Shown here: positions 1-31,570 of the stretch, piece after piece
Layout of the letters: each line of letters starts with the position of its first letter
How positions within the stretch are numbered: position 1 is the first letter of the stretch
Assembly: GCF_009914755.1 (NCBI RefSeq)
Contig: NC_060947.1
Source: the human T2T-CHM13v2.0 reference genome, Homo sapiens
DNA length: 64,000 bases
Direction: 5' to 3' (one strand)
The notes under the pieces: model-generated
Database searches by the model: none
The model's input: only the letters and a program-made list of their open reading frames with translations
What the model was told of the DNA's origin: nothing
Position numbers and translations under genes: made by a program

Positions 1-1080
1 TACCAACTCCTAGCAACTTTGCGTTGTTAAATATGCCTGCGAGTCCTTCACTTCCCGACCTTCCAACCCTCCAACCCCGACGCCATTCAAGCCTTGCGCA
101 TGCGTGCCTCCCTCTCCCCACCCCCGCCCCACTGGAGCCCGTCCCCTTAACTCAGGTCTTCTCAAATACTGTAAGCTTGAGCGCCGCCCCTCGGCGCCGC
201 GCCTCCTCATCCAGCCTCTCAAATACCCTGCGCACCGCGATAGTCCTCTCTCTTCTTGCTCCCATTTGTATACAGTATGCATGCCTGATGCTATCTGGAC
301 GTGTTTCTCGCCACAATTCTGCCCCAGTGCCCAAGGAGAGCCATTACCAGCCTTCCCTAATGCGGGTAGATGCGATAAACTAGGGAAGTTGAATCGGGGA
401 AAGAAGGCGTTGCAGGTGATCAGAGTGAATCCCAGATCTAGATGGAATCGGTCCCAACTCCAAGGGAGGGGGCTAGAGTACCCCAGGATTCACATAAGAC
501 CGGTCAACCTGAACAAAGGCAAGGAAAACTTTCACAAACCATCGGATGAACATAATCCTAAGGCCTCGCCCTTTAAATACATCTGCTACAAATGACGAAC
601 CACAAATGTTTTAAACAGGGAACATTATGGAAAACACCGATGCTCAGGTGCCTTGACTCTAGTTAGAGGAAAGGAATCCGCATTCCTTTCACAATGGGAA
701 GCAAATGCTCAACATCCTTTTGGAAAACTGGGGCCTGTAACGTATTCCATTTTTTCCTCCCGTGAACTGGAAAAATGCACAAATTAAGGATCTTCCTGGC
801 CCAAGTTCCCTCCGCCGCCCTCCATGTTCTGTTCTTCCCCTACATCGTTCCTTTACCTCCTGGTTGAATTCAGTGTCGTAGCAGGAATTCTTAGAGCTGG
901 CCGTCCCAAGATGGGGTGGAGAGAGCGGCATGAAAGAGAGAGAGAGAGAGAGACACGCCTGAATGGCAGCAGCAGGCCTTAGCGGCAATGGACAGCAGGC
1001 ACAGGACCAGCTTTGCCTCGAGCCGCAACGCTGATGCCAGAAAAGGACAACCTCTCCAGAATCGCCGCAGTGTGCTTCCA
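1..1080 (-). ncRNA. FTX: 5' end of lncRNA FTX (putative first exon ~1080 to 857; gene continues left out of the window)
   Basis: Lies ~10.6 kb from ZCCHC13 and divergent from it, matching the known Xq13.2 gene order; minus-strand donor GAG|GTAAAG at 857/856; no credible ORF. Exon boundaries are inferred. Confidence 0.65.
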
Positions 1081-1250
1081 GCGCATGCGCTGCTAACGCC
1101 CCTTAACCCCCCCTCCGCGCCCCGCCTCCCCCACGCGCCGCTCTCCAGCCTCTAGGAGTCTAACCCTTAGCGGTCCACCGACCTCCTTCACTTCTTTCCC
1201 AGGACGCTATCTCACTCTGCTTCTTCCACCTTTCCCCTCCCCTCGGTCAC
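60..1250 (-). promoter_or_regulatory. CpG-island promoter region (putative FTX promoters) with two NRF1/GC-box modules
   Basis: High CpG density at ~60-380 and ~950-1250; NRF1 palindromes TGCGCATGCG (95-104) and GCGCATGCGC (1081-1090), each with GC boxes (CCCCGCCCC, CCCCGCCTCC) to its right. Confidence 0.75.
933..954. repeat. (AG)n microsatellite
   Basis: aaagagagagagagagagagagac read directly. Confidence 0.9.
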
Positions 1251-1485
1251 ACTGGCCTCCACCATCATCCCTCCCTCAGCCCATACTTCTTTCGTCAATC
1301 CCTCTCCCATTATTCTTAGCCCACCATCTACCTTTATTTCCTCTGCTATCGTTAGTGGTCTACCCTCCAATTCTTCACTTTCCCTGCCAGTCTGCAGCCC
1401 TCTTGGGCCTCTTACTCCTCTCCTCCTATGCCTGATGTTGAAATTTGTAAAAATTACCGCAAAAATTTTTTTTTAAATAATTGTA

Positions 1486-1789
1486 GCCCGGGCGCGGTGG
1501 CTCACACCTGTAATCCCAGCACTTTGGGAGGCCGAGGTGGACGGAACCCTTGAGTTCAGGAGTTCGAGACCAGCTCGGGTGACATGGCGAAACCCCGTCT
1601 CTACAAATAAATACAAAAATTAGCCGGGCGTGGTGGTGCGCACCTGTACTCCCAGCTATTCAGAAGGCTGAGGTGGAAGAATCACTCGAGCCCAGGAAGT
1701 CGAGGCTACAGTGAGCTATGATTGTGCCAGCTATGATGTTGCCAGCCTGGGCAACAGAGTGAGACCCCATCTCAAAAAAAGAAAAAAAA
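1486..1789 (+). mobile_element. Alu (AluJ-like)
   Basis: GCCCGGGCGCGGTGGCTCAC start, dimeric structure, poly-A tail. Confidence 0.9.
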
Positions 1790-2599
1790 TATTTCCACAC
1801 ATCCTCTCCAAAGCAGCTCTCAGGGTGAGCTCAACCAGCCTGTCTTGGGCAAAGAGAACACCTTTTTGATGATGACCCACAGGGAAGATCCAGAGACAGG
1901 GAACCAGAACAAAAACTGCAAAAGTGTTCAATCAATTTGGGGGTAAGAGGCAGTAGACCACCAACATGGAAAGCTCTTTTCTTTCTATTCACAACCCTGG
2001 TATTGTCTGGACATTAAAAATGAGATTCAATGTCCTTCACTGCTTACTACAAGGCCTGTTCTTGTCTTCTGTAAGAACTCAAATATTAATTTTGAGGGAA
2101 ATGGCATTATTTACTTAAGAGGCTCTGAAATAGATCCCTCTTTGGGTGTGAACTAGAAAGAATACAAAATAATATTTTGTTTCTCTTTATTATGTTTTAC
2201 TTTGGTGTCTGGTTCTTATTGCTTTCTAAAAGAGCCAGTTTGGAAATACCAAAAACTGAGACCCGCAAATTCATAAATCCTAAAACTCATAAACTTATAC
2301 ATCACCATCCTCTCAAATTAACTTAAGAATGTTATATCAACATTATTCAGAGAAAAATGGGTTTGCATTTGTTATATAATACGCCCAAAAAATTATACAA
2401 CAATGTGCATATGAAGAAGAAAAAAGAAAAATAGGCATGCATTAAATAAAAAAGAAATGCCGAAATCTCAGTGGTACAAAGAACCTCTTCTAAATTAAAA
2501 TAATCATTTATTATTACACAAAAGTTAAAATATAAGAAATTTTACCCCAAATTCTACAACACTATTTTAACAAATGCTTTTATCTCTGTTATTTTTCTG

Positions 2600-2764
2600 T
2601 TTTAATGGTTTTATTAATATATAATTTACATATCATACAGTTAACCAACTTAAAGTGTACAATGCAATGGATTTTAGTATATTCACAGAATTATGCAGCC
2701 ACCACTACAATCAATTTTAGAATATTTTCATCACCCCAAAAAGAAACTTCATACCCATTAGTAT
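2600..2764 (-). mobile_element. Old L1 (L1MB-like) 3' end fragment
   Basis: aagtgtacaat...ttttagtatattcacaga...ttttcatcaccccaaaaagaaac is typical antisense L1M 3' UTR. Confidence 0.7.
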
Positions 2765-3162
2765 TGTCTTAGTCCATTATGTACCACTGTAACAAAATAC
2801 TGCAGACTCGGCAATTTATAAAGAACAGAAATTTATTTCCTCACAGTTCTGGAGAATGGGAAGTCCAAGACTGAGGAGCTGGCATCTGACAGTGGCTTTC
2901 CTGCTACATCATCCCATGGTGGAAGGGCAAAGAGATAGAGAAAGAGAGAGTGCGCGCAAGAGGGGGCCAGAACTCATCCTTTAATAAGGAACCCACTACT
3001 GAAATAACAAACCCACTCCCTCAATAATAGCATTAAGCTATTCATAAGAGTGGTGCCCCCATGACTCAAACACCTCCCTTTAAGCCTCACCTCCCAACAC
3101 CACCACATGGGGCATCAAATTTCCAACATATGAACTTTGAGAGACATATTCAAACCATAGCA
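2765..3162 (-). mobile_element. MaLR solo LTR (MST/MLT1A-like)
   Basis: TGTCTTAGTCC...CAAACCATAGCA termini; near-TSD agtat/agcat. Confidence 0.85.
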
Positions 3163-3182
3163 AGCATCTTTGTGTTCTCTTA

Positions 3183-4143
<961 letters not shown>

Positions 4144-4490
4144 TAGGCTCAGCCATATGGAAATCACTACACATTACCCCAAAGGTTCAATGCATAAGAG
4201 ACTCAACTTTTCCCCCACCAACACTATTTACCAATGGCACAGACAAACATCAACATTTTATAGATACAATATTGTGATGTTTTCACTGCTTTTCCATGCC
4301 CCTAATTATTAATTATCTTCACTATTTTTAATAAATGGACAACATTGCATTTTTTGAAAGTATTATAAAATTGAAATCAGCACATAATTCTTACAGATTG
4401 AGTTACTTACTCTTTCCACGTCTCTTTATTTTGAAAAACTTCCATAATGTACCATGGCCCCTTAAGAAGAGAAATTCAGGAAAAAGGCAC

Positions 4491-4832
<342 letters not shown>

Positions 4833-5009
4833 CTAGGCCTACCTATTTGTCTAAACTTCCCAGTTCACAAGCCGTTCCTAAGGAGTGGTAAGGAAGAAAT
4901 TTGGGAACCTCTGTTGTATCCACTCATTTTAAGCTAACATCTGAGACTTTATTTTTCTCTTTTCCCCCATCCTATACATTTCTTAGGAGACTGGGCTTCT
5001 TCTAGAGGA

Positions 5010-5525
5010 TGTGATGATTAATTTTATATGTCAACTTGGCTGGGCCACGATGCCCAGATATTTGGTGAAACATAATTCTAGATGTTTCTGTGAGGGGTGC
5101 TTTTGGATGAAATTAACATTTAAATTAATGGATTTCGAATAAAGCATTGCCCTCCATAATGTGGGTCGGCCTCATCAATCAGTTGAAGACTTGAATAGAA
5201 CAAAAGACTGACCTATTCTGGGTAAGAAGGAATTCTGCCAACAGATGGCCTTTGAACTGCAACATTGGCTCTTCTCTAGGTTCCCAGTCTGATGGCCTTT
5301 GGGCTTGAACTACGGTATCAGCTCTTTCCTGGAGCTCCAGGCTGCCAGCCCACCTTGCAGATTTTGGACTTGCCAACCTCTATAGTCATGTGAACTAATT
5401 CTTTAAAATCTCTCTCTCTCTTTCTCTTTACGCACATGCATGCATGTGTGTGTGTGTGCACGCACACACATGCACACACACACACACACGGTGTTCTCTT
5501 TCTCTGAAGAACCATGACTAATACA
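5010..5525 (+). mobile_element. ERVL solo LTR (MLT2 family) with internal (TC)n(TG)n(CA)n microsatellite
   Basis: TGTGATGATTAATTTTATATGTCAACTTGGCTGGGC start and GACTAATACA end typical of MLT2. Confidence 0.85.
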
Positions 5526-5748
5526 GATTTCCTGAAACCTATGAATACTCTCAATTGAGGTTGTGGCACAGGAAGGAAAGGTAGTCAAGAAGACTCTCTC
5601 AGTCCCTTGAATTCAGCTTTACCTTGCCAAATTGTATGTTGACTAAATCTGACATGGGACTGGCCTTAACTTTCCAAAAGCTACCATTACAAAAATGTAA
5701 AACAATTTGGAAAACAAGAAGTACCTTTTGTCTTCCTAGAGTCCATTA

Positions 5749-6518
<770 letters not shown>

Positions 6519-7384
6519 TTAATTAGTTTGAATATGTGAATAAGATGGCTAAGAGACCAAGAAAGAGAATTGATCTTGTTACTAACTCCCTGATAAATTC
6601 TGCAGAAATTTACCTCTTACAACAAAATTCAGTTGGGAAAAAAAAAAGAGATATACTAGGGCTAAGAATATATCTACTCTTCTGTATAAACAATAAAAAT
6701 ATCTGGTTATAAAATAAACAGTGTTATTTAAGAGAACTGGTATGTTGTTAAGGAAGTTATTATAATTTTGGAGATGTTTGAATTAATCAGGGTTCAGTGC
6801 AAGGAGCAAAAAACCCTCCTGGATTTTAGATGAAGGAACTTAATATAAGAAATTGGATGCTTACAAGTTACTTGTAAGGAAAGGAAGAACACATTCTAGG
6901 GAGAGTCTCAAGGAATGACTCCCAGAAGAATATAAAGCTGACCAACCAGAGTTATTAGGACCTTTGAGGCTACAACCAGATTCATGAATTCAGGAACTCA
7001 GAGAGCTGTGATCTGGGGAATTGAAAGACAAAAGGAAAAACAAAAAACAAACGAACAAAAAACACTGCTGCTGCTGCCACTATAACTGATTATTGGCATA
7101 GGAAGCTGGAGAATTAATGCTAAAATGCTATTACATTTGAGTGGTAAGTCTGCACAACTCACTTGCCAGCAAAAACAGGCAAAATGTGGCTTGAAGATGG
7201 CTTTCACTTCATATATGCTTTTCAAATGCTGAGAAGTTGATTCTAATTGATGTAACCTAGTTTACCTCCAGGCCCATAGCTGCAAGCGTGTGTGAAAAGT
7301 GAACACTTTGAATTTACAACTTCTTAAACATGAAGGGGAATTAAATAAAGGTTCAGTGGGCTAATCAAGAGTACCCAGCTCCAT

Positions 7385-7660
7385 AGTAGATACGATATAG
7401 TAAAGGGAATATTCAACTGGGAGTTGGTAAACCTGGGATCTAGTCCTTCTTCACAGTCTTAATTTGATCTTGGGAAAGTTTCATCTTCTCTCAGGCCTAA
7501 CAGAGTTAATCTAGTTATTATTGGGAATACAGATTTTAAACATGAGAGTGGTGTGATCATCTTTACATTTTAGAAGAAACACTTAGCCAAGAGGTGATGG
7601 TGTCCTGCTTAGTATAGTAGTGAGATGGAGAGAAATGTGACACCTCTGAGAAATATTTAA
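7385..7660. mobile_element. MIR and L2 fragments (ancient)
   Basis: MIR-like acctgggatctagtcc...cttgggaaagtt...ctctcaggcct followed by L2-like sequence. Confidence 0.5.
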
Positions 7661-7664
7661 CAAG

Positions 7665-10540
<2,876 letters not shown>

Positions 10541-10869
10541 AGCTATTAAATAGTATTTAGGTAAATATATGAGAAACTAAAGAAATAAAGAATGACAATA
10601 ACTAACTCCAGAGAACATAAAAACCATGCAGGTAATGAAGTGATCAGAGTACTCTCCAAATGGCTCAGGCATGAGTATCATTTACATACTTATAATTATA
10701 AAAACATTGAATATTGTCCCAACCAATATTAAGTGAAGGGAGGCATAGTTGGAATGAGGAGTTTGGACTGTGCAAGTGCATAGGGTGGGTGGTAAAAGAA
10801 GACTAAATGTTCATCCTCCAAAATGGAAAGACACAGATAATGTCTAAAATTGAAACATCAAAAAGTCAT

Positions 10870-11435
<566 letters not shown>

Positions 11436-11589
11436 GACTAAGTCTTAAATTATGAAAACTTCTACAAGTCTAATTTTCTAAATAGGAAAGGATTCAAACT
11501 CAATGATTCAAGTGTTGAAACAAACAAAAACGGAAAACAACACTACTCAGTTAACAGATTATTGTGCTTTTGGCTTCTTGAGTAGGAGG

Positions 11590-12277
<688 letters not shown>

Positions 12278-12545
12278 GGTTACCACTTAAATCTTCCCCC
12301 CCACCCCCCACCCTTTTGCTGATTGATAATTGTATTATTTTCTCCGAAAACTTCACTCACCGAAAGGTCGATAGATTGAGGCTACTCTCAGGCAAGTGAG
12401 CTTTAATTACCATGTTAAAGGAGGAAAGAGCTAGAAAAAAAAACCTCAAAAAAGTTAATCATTGGTAGATGCCCCACAATTAACGTGTTGCTTCTGCCCC
12501 ACGGGCAAATCTAGTTATTAAATAGTCATTCTGAGCACCAATCAC
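12278..12545 (+). terminator. ZCCHC13 3' UTR with poly(A) signal ATTAAA (~12517-12522); further AATAAA at ~12842 and ~12993
   Basis: ctgattgataattgtattattttctc...gtgagcttta resembles the CNBP 3' UTR; hexamers read directly. Confidence 0.6.
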
Positions 12546-13081
12546 TTAAGGGGTTCTTTTGTTGTATTTTGATTTAACACATTTAATTAAGAGGCACTAT
12601 TGGAAGAGCTGGATCTAAATGGTGAACAAATTAGAACAAATTTAGAAACACAGGCCTAGAATCTATTAACAAGAAAAATAGTGTGTCAGATGAAGGTAAA
12701 TTGCCATAGAGAGAAAGAACAGGAGGTAAAAGGATAAAAAGAGAATGTGTATGTGGGGGAAAGAGGGAAAGAATGTGGTTCTGTTTTAGATACACAAGGG
12801 CACCCTGAGGAGGTTATATTTCCTCAGAGATCCATAGGGCAAATAAAGCTGATTCTGAAAATCCATGACCTTGCCAAAGTAACTTAAATTTTATCATATT
12901 GATGGCTTTGAATTATCTGGCCTCATTAGGTTTTAAACAACATTGAACGAGACATCTCTGTCTGGCCCTGCATAGAGTGTGTAGTTTAATGAAAATAAAC
13001 CAGAAACAAAATGTATAATGTATATGAGCTGCTTTGAGAGAGAGAGCAATCAGAAAAAAACAGAAACAAAAAATCTTAACA

Positions 13082-15192
<2,111 letters not shown>

Positions 15193-15194
15193 TT

Positions 15195-15545
15195 GTAACA
15201 CATTTTCTTTGACCAGTCCACTGTTGAAGGGAAGTTAGGTTGATTCCATGACTTTGCTATTGTGAATAGTGCTGTGATAATCATGAGTGCAGGTGTCTTT
15301 TTCATAGAATGAGTACTTTTCCTTTGGGTAGATACCCAGTAGTGGGATTGCTGGGTTGAATGGTATTTCTATTTTTAGTTCTTTGAGAAATCTCCATACT
15401 GTTTTCAATAGAGTTTGAACTAATTTACTTGCCCACCAACAGTGTATAAGAGTTCCCTTATCTCCACATCCTCACCAACATCAGTTATTTTTTAACTTTT
15501 TAATAATAGCCATTCTGACTAGTGTGAGATAGTATCTCATTGAAG
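15195..15545 (-). mobile_element. L1 ORF2 3' fragment
   Basis: tttgggtagatacccagtagtgggattgctgg...tagccattctgact is antisense L1. Confidence 0.85.
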
Positions 15546-16119
15546 CCACACTCTTTTATGAACACCGTAAGTGTAATCTTTCATTCCCAGCTAAAAGATC
15601 CCTTCCATTCGGCTGAGTTCCTTTCCACTTCTGTGACCCTCTTGGGCTCCTAGAGATTAATTCTGTCATTCTCTGTGACTCTCAGCCCCTAAGTGGGGCC
15701 ATCTCAGTCCAATCTGCCAAGACACAACTTGAAACTCCTACATCACACTGAGCAAACAAAAATTATTGGGTCTCATCACTGTGCTGGACTCTATTTAGGA
15801 AAGGAGGAACACAGGATTCTGTGTTTGAATTCCTCCAAATCTGGAGTTTCATTTCCCATGCCCTCAGGAGTTTGGCCCACAGTTGGAGGAGGAAGAGTCT
15901 GTGTCCTTTTATTAAGGATACACTCAGCCTTTTAAGCCCTCTACATTTCCTGTCTCTAGGAAATCTTTTCTAGTCTCAGGGGAAGGAAAGCCTTATTTTG
16001 ACTCATCAATATCTTTATGTCAGTAAACATGAAATGGTAGCCCTCTTACTGAATCAGGTTAACAAATGTGTTTAGTTTGACCCACAGATTGTTTAACAGT
16101 ATTTGTGAATTACATGTCA

Positions 16120-26953
<10,834 letters not shown>

Positions 26954-27098
26954 CCATCTGCTCTTTTGAGAAAACATACAGCTCCTCAATAGCTCAGGAT
27001 TTACAAACCAGCCTTTGAAACAGGAAGACCCAGAAACCTGAACAATGGAACTGACCAGGCAGCTAAAATAAGGAATTTCCTTAGTATTTCCTTGAAAG

Positions 27099-27840
27099 TG
27101 TACTCAACCAATGGGTTCTTCCTGCCCATTGCACAGACAAAACCAATTCACTGAGATCATGTTATTATAGTAGAGAAAGAAGCTTTATTAATACAAGGTC
27201 AGCCATGCAGAAGACAGAGTTATTACTCAAATCAGTCTTCCGAAAGGCTCAGAGGTTAGGGTTTTCAGGGATAGTTTGGTGGACAGGGGACTAGGGAATG
27301 CATGCTACTGACTGATTTGGAATGCAATCATAGAGGTGTGGAAAACTATGATCATGTGCTGAGACTGCCTCTGGTTGAGGGGCGTGCATGGGATCAGTTG
27401 GGTCATGAGTCTTGAGTCCGCCTCTGGGTGGGGTCAGTTGTTGGTTGTCAGAATGCAAAAGTCTGAAAAATATCTCAGAAGACCAATCTTAGGTTCTACA
27501 ATAGTGATGTTATCCACAGGAGTAATTGAAGAAGTTACAAATCTTGTGACCTCCAGAACAATGGCTGGTTATTGTCTAACTATACCCTACATCTTAGCAG
27601 AATTCAGGCTCCTCTCATAATCCTAACCTGTGACCTTTCATTAGTCTTACAAAGGCTGCTTAGTTTTGGAAAAGGCTATTATCATCCTTGCTTTAAGGTT
27701 AAACCATAAACTAAATTCCTCCCAAAGTTAGCTTGGCCTATGCCCAGAAGTGACCAAGGACTACTTGGAGGTTAGAAGCAAGATGGACTCAACTATGTCA
27801 GATTTCTCTTACTGTCATCATTTTTGCAAAGGTGGTTTCA
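27099..27840 (-). mobile_element. ERV1 solo LTR (LTR8 family)
   Basis: Minus strand begins TGAAACCACCTTTGCAAAAATGATGACAGTAAGAGAAATCTGACATAG, as in LTR8. Confidence 0.75.
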
Positions 27841-28511
27841 AAAAGTCCACTTAAACTTCTCTGCATGTCACTGAACACATTAAATGTAGAATCTACAGGA
27901 CGTTTTCTCATTCGTTCCCCCTTCCGTCCAGTGTCATCCCCCACCACCACCCCCATACATAGGAGAAGACCAGCAAGGATGTACAAAAGGGGCAGCCTTG
28001 CTCAGGGACCTTTATGTTCATTGTCAAGGTCAATGGAAGCTAAATCACAGACACTGGTTTGAAGAAGGTAACATTTTGGCCCTCTGCATCAGCAAGGAAG
28101 AGAAGAAAACTTTTTGCAGAACAATTGATTAAAATTGTGCCATTATCTGAGGCCCAACAGCCCACACTTTACATCCCCACAGACAGCAAGAGAAGGGGCA
28201 CCCAGTTTCAATATGCAATTTCTGCTTGGAAAAAACACCAAAGCGTCAACCATGACCTTTGGGGTACCAACTCCAAAACCTTGAGAACCAAAAATAAAAA
28301 ACTTTGAGAACCCCTAGCCTAAAGAAGGATAGCCTCAGCTCTCCTCCAAGCCCCAGAAGCTGCCCAATTCTCGCTGAGATGACAAAAAGTGCCTGAAGGT
28401 CATCCACATCCTCAACCTTCCTTGTCTGTCCTGAAGAGGGAGACCAATTTCTCCCTAAGGCTACCTTCTCCAAGAAACCAGAACTGACCCCTCCAGAAAT
28501 GGACACAGCCA

Positions 28512-29172
28512 GTGATACGGAAGGGAAGTGCTGGAAAGGGAAGATCGTAGTCCCTTTAAATGATACAGAAGAGGGTAAGGGCAGGGTCTCTGGCTAGGAC
28601 TCCATCCCCGGGCCTGTGCCCACAGATCTATGTGAGGACAGGCATTTTTGTTTTCCTGCCCAAATGTTGAATTTCCCAACACCTCCCCTGGCCTGCCACG
28701 CCCCCATCCTGTGCCTTTAAGAACCCCCAGATCCTAGCACACACACATACAAGCTGCTGGACGTCCAGAGAAGCAAATCGCAGAAGACACAGGCGGCTGG
28801 ACGAGGAGCACATCAGCGGAGGAACACATGGGCGGCTGGACGTCGAGAGGAACACACGGGCGGCTGGACGTCGAGAGGAACGCACCAACAGGCACCGGCG
28901 CCGCAAGCCCAGACCAGCAGAGCAACGCGCGGAGTTTGGCCGGGACACTCAGAGGAGAGCCCAGGCCACTGAGCGGCCCGACTCCAGGGGAAAACCCTCC
29001 CACTCCATCCCCTTCTGGCTTCCCTCATCTGCTGAGAGCCACCTCCACTCAATAAACTTTGCACTCATTCTCCAAACCCAGGTGTGATTCGATTCTTCCA
29101 ATACACCAAGGCAAGAACCCAGGATACAGAGAGTCCTCTGTCCTTGTGACAAGGTAGAGGATCTAATTGAGC
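28512..29172 (+). mobile_element. ERV1 LTR of the LTR1/LTR27/LTR28 (HUERS-P/MER52) group, 3'-truncated
   Basis: TGATACGGAAGGGAAG start; gccacgcccccatcctgtgcct; ggcggctggacgtcgagagg repeats; ccactcaataaac. Confidence 0.75.
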
Positions 29173-29319
29173 TTCACCAGGACACAGCCTGCAGCACAGG
29201 ACCATTCCTGAGCCCATGAGATGGGCTGTTCTGGGTTCCCACAGTCCCCTGGCTTACTTTAGCCTGGGGTAGCTCCCTGGATTGGAATCCTCTCTTGAGC
29301 ATCTGCCCCCTGCCTAGCT

Positions 29320-29415
29320 GGGCTGCAAGTTCCTGAGAGACAGGGTTGGGACCATGTCCTTCTTGTTTACTGTTTGATGCCCGGTAACTCAGTCACTATT
29401 TGTTGAATACATGAA
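29320..29415 (+). mobile_element. L2 3' end
   Basis: aagttcctgagagacaggg...tatttgttgaatacatgaa. Confidence 0.55.
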
Positions 29416-30144
29416 GCTGCTGGGGGACTCGTGGCCCCTGGGTGGGGTGGTCAGGTTAGAGTCCCATCTCAGGTACCTGGTAGTCAGATATGCTTCTAAT
29501 CTCTTCTCTTTGGGGTGTGTTCGTGTGTGTGTGTTTTTGTGTGTGTTTTCTGTCTTCCCCGAGGAGGACCCAGGAGCTCCCTGAGGATGTCTTTCATAAA
29601 CTGGTTTTAGTTCATGCCCCAACTCTGCTCCTTAGGTGACTGGCTCTCCTCTTCACCATCCCCACCCCTGCTCAGGAAAGATCCCTCCTGAGGGGTCCCA
29701 GTTGTTCCCTTCCCTAGCTCTGTGTTTCCTGGGGAAAGTTCCTGCTTCCTTATCTGGAAGATCGGGGAGTTGGGCTCCTTGAAGAGCAAGGAGCCCGTCG
29801 GTTCCATGATCTCTCTTCTACCTGTGGCCTAAACACTGCCCCCTCCTGAACACCTTGGAGATTGGGAGCAGGGACTTGGCGGGGGTCTAGACCCCACTCT
29901 CCCACCATGGTGGCTTGAGTTGTGGTGATGAAAATGCCTGTTGCCTGCCCAGGCACTTCTGGGACAATAAACATGCTTATCTAGACAAGGGCCTCGGCCA
30001 GAGGAAACAAGGCTCAGAGACAGAAGCAAAAAGGCAGGAAGATCTTCCTGACAGTAAAGGTAATTAAGATCAGAAACCATTTACCAAGGAATGTATGGGT
30101 CTCCTTTTCCTGGAGATTATAGAAACCTGGAAGCTAATGGGCCC

Positions 30145-30275
30145 CCAGAGAGCAGCTGGTCCAGCCCCTTCATTGTATAGATAAGAAAACTGAGTCCCAC
30201 AAAAGAAGGTCCCTGCCCAGGGTCACAGAGCTGCATAATGTAAGAGCAGAGACCAAGACCTGATGCTAGGACTCT
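30145..30275 (-). mobile_element. MIR
   Basis: cattgtatagataagaaaactgag...gcccagggtcacagagct antisense MIR core. Confidence 0.7.
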
Positions 30276-30949
30276 CTGGCCAGATCAGTTTCCATTACTC
30301 CAAGCTGAGAGGCCTCCTTCAACCACAGGACAGCCTGGCTGATTTTCTCGAGTATCTTTGCTGTACAGATGAGAACTTCTTGTCCCCAGAGGGTAAAAGG
30401 CCTATGGGAGGGAGAGGTGAGGCCAAAGCCCCTGTCCTCAGGATGCTCAGGCCCAGGATGTTGCCTGGACACTCCCTTGCCCCTGCTGAGGACAAGAGGG
30501 ACACTGTCACTCTGGCATTGCTGATGGCTGGCTCCCTGGCTAGGATCTGTGATCTCTCCCCGGAGACTTCCCTGTACTTGCAGTGCACCCTCCCCTGCCA
30601 CACACGCACACACAGAAGGCCCCTCACTCAGGCAGTCAGCACCTCTTTGGGGAGCTGCTTCCAAAAGTTCTGGATGAGGCTCACCGGGGGTGTGGGGCAC
30701 AGATATTTAGGAATAAAAGTTTCTTCTGGGTGAGGGGGAGACTGAGGTACATGCACCCAAGGGCAGTCACCTGGGAGGAGAGAAATGGGCCAGGGAGATC
30801 ACAGAAGGTGGGCTTGCACTGGTTTTGACAGATCCTGGGTAGGACCTGGACTAGTACAAGGGTGGGGGCAGCAGTGGTGGAGGCCTTTACTGCCCCCTTC
30901 CTAAAGGCTTCCCTCACCTTTCTGGAGGTAGGGCAGGTAAGGGTGTCAA

Positions 30950-31105
30950 AGTGTGGTCATCATGGCACACATAGGAGTTTGGACTCCTGATATGAGTTAA
31001 CAACCTGACCCAGTCCCTCGGTAGCTGGGTGACACTGAGTTCTTCTTTTCACTGTCTTGAATCTCAGTCTCATCTCAAAATTTGGGAACTAGCAATACCT
31101 TCTGT
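30950..31105 (+). mobile_element. MIR
   Basis: tagctgggtgacactgag...ctcagtctcatctcaaaatttggga MIR core. Confidence 0.6.
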
Positions 31106-31239
31106 AACTCTAAGTGGAGCTCACAGGGGTCTCAGGAAGAGTCTGCAGGTCCATGGTTTCCAGAACAATCCTAGTTCCTTGTAATTTCATGATATTCCTG
31201 AAGAGGAACTCATAGATTAATGTGTGGACTTTATTTACA

Positions 31240-31570
31240 TCCTGACTACAAAAAGTGGAAAAAACACCATAACATAAACCCTCCATAACATTGATGAGAC
31301 ATGAGACATTTAAAGTTTGGACATTCCCTGGGTATTTGACGATATTATGGAATGATTACTAATTACTTTAAGTGTTATAATAACACTGTAGTTATGCTAA
31401 AAGGGGTTCTTATCTTTCAGAGCTCCATATTGAAATACTTATGCATCCAATGATGTGTGACTGGCCAGGTGCTGATAATCGCTGAAGCTGGATGCTGTGT
31501 ACAGGAGGGGTCACTATGCCCTTCCACTTGTGTATAGACTTGAAATTTTCCATAACGACAAGTTTTAAAT
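31240..31570 (+). mobile_element. L1ME-type 3' end
   Basis: ctgggtatttgacgatatta...ttgaaattttccataa. Confidence 0.65.

Noticed and set aside
10-988. Overlapping ORFs up to 163 aa in the CpG island
   Set aside because: GC-rich promoter/lncRNA sequence is stop-poor; no recognisable domain
28750-28890. Repeat-spacer-like pattern resembling a CRISPR array
   Set aside because: Eukaryotic LTR-internal repeats with irregular, non-unique spacers and no cas genes
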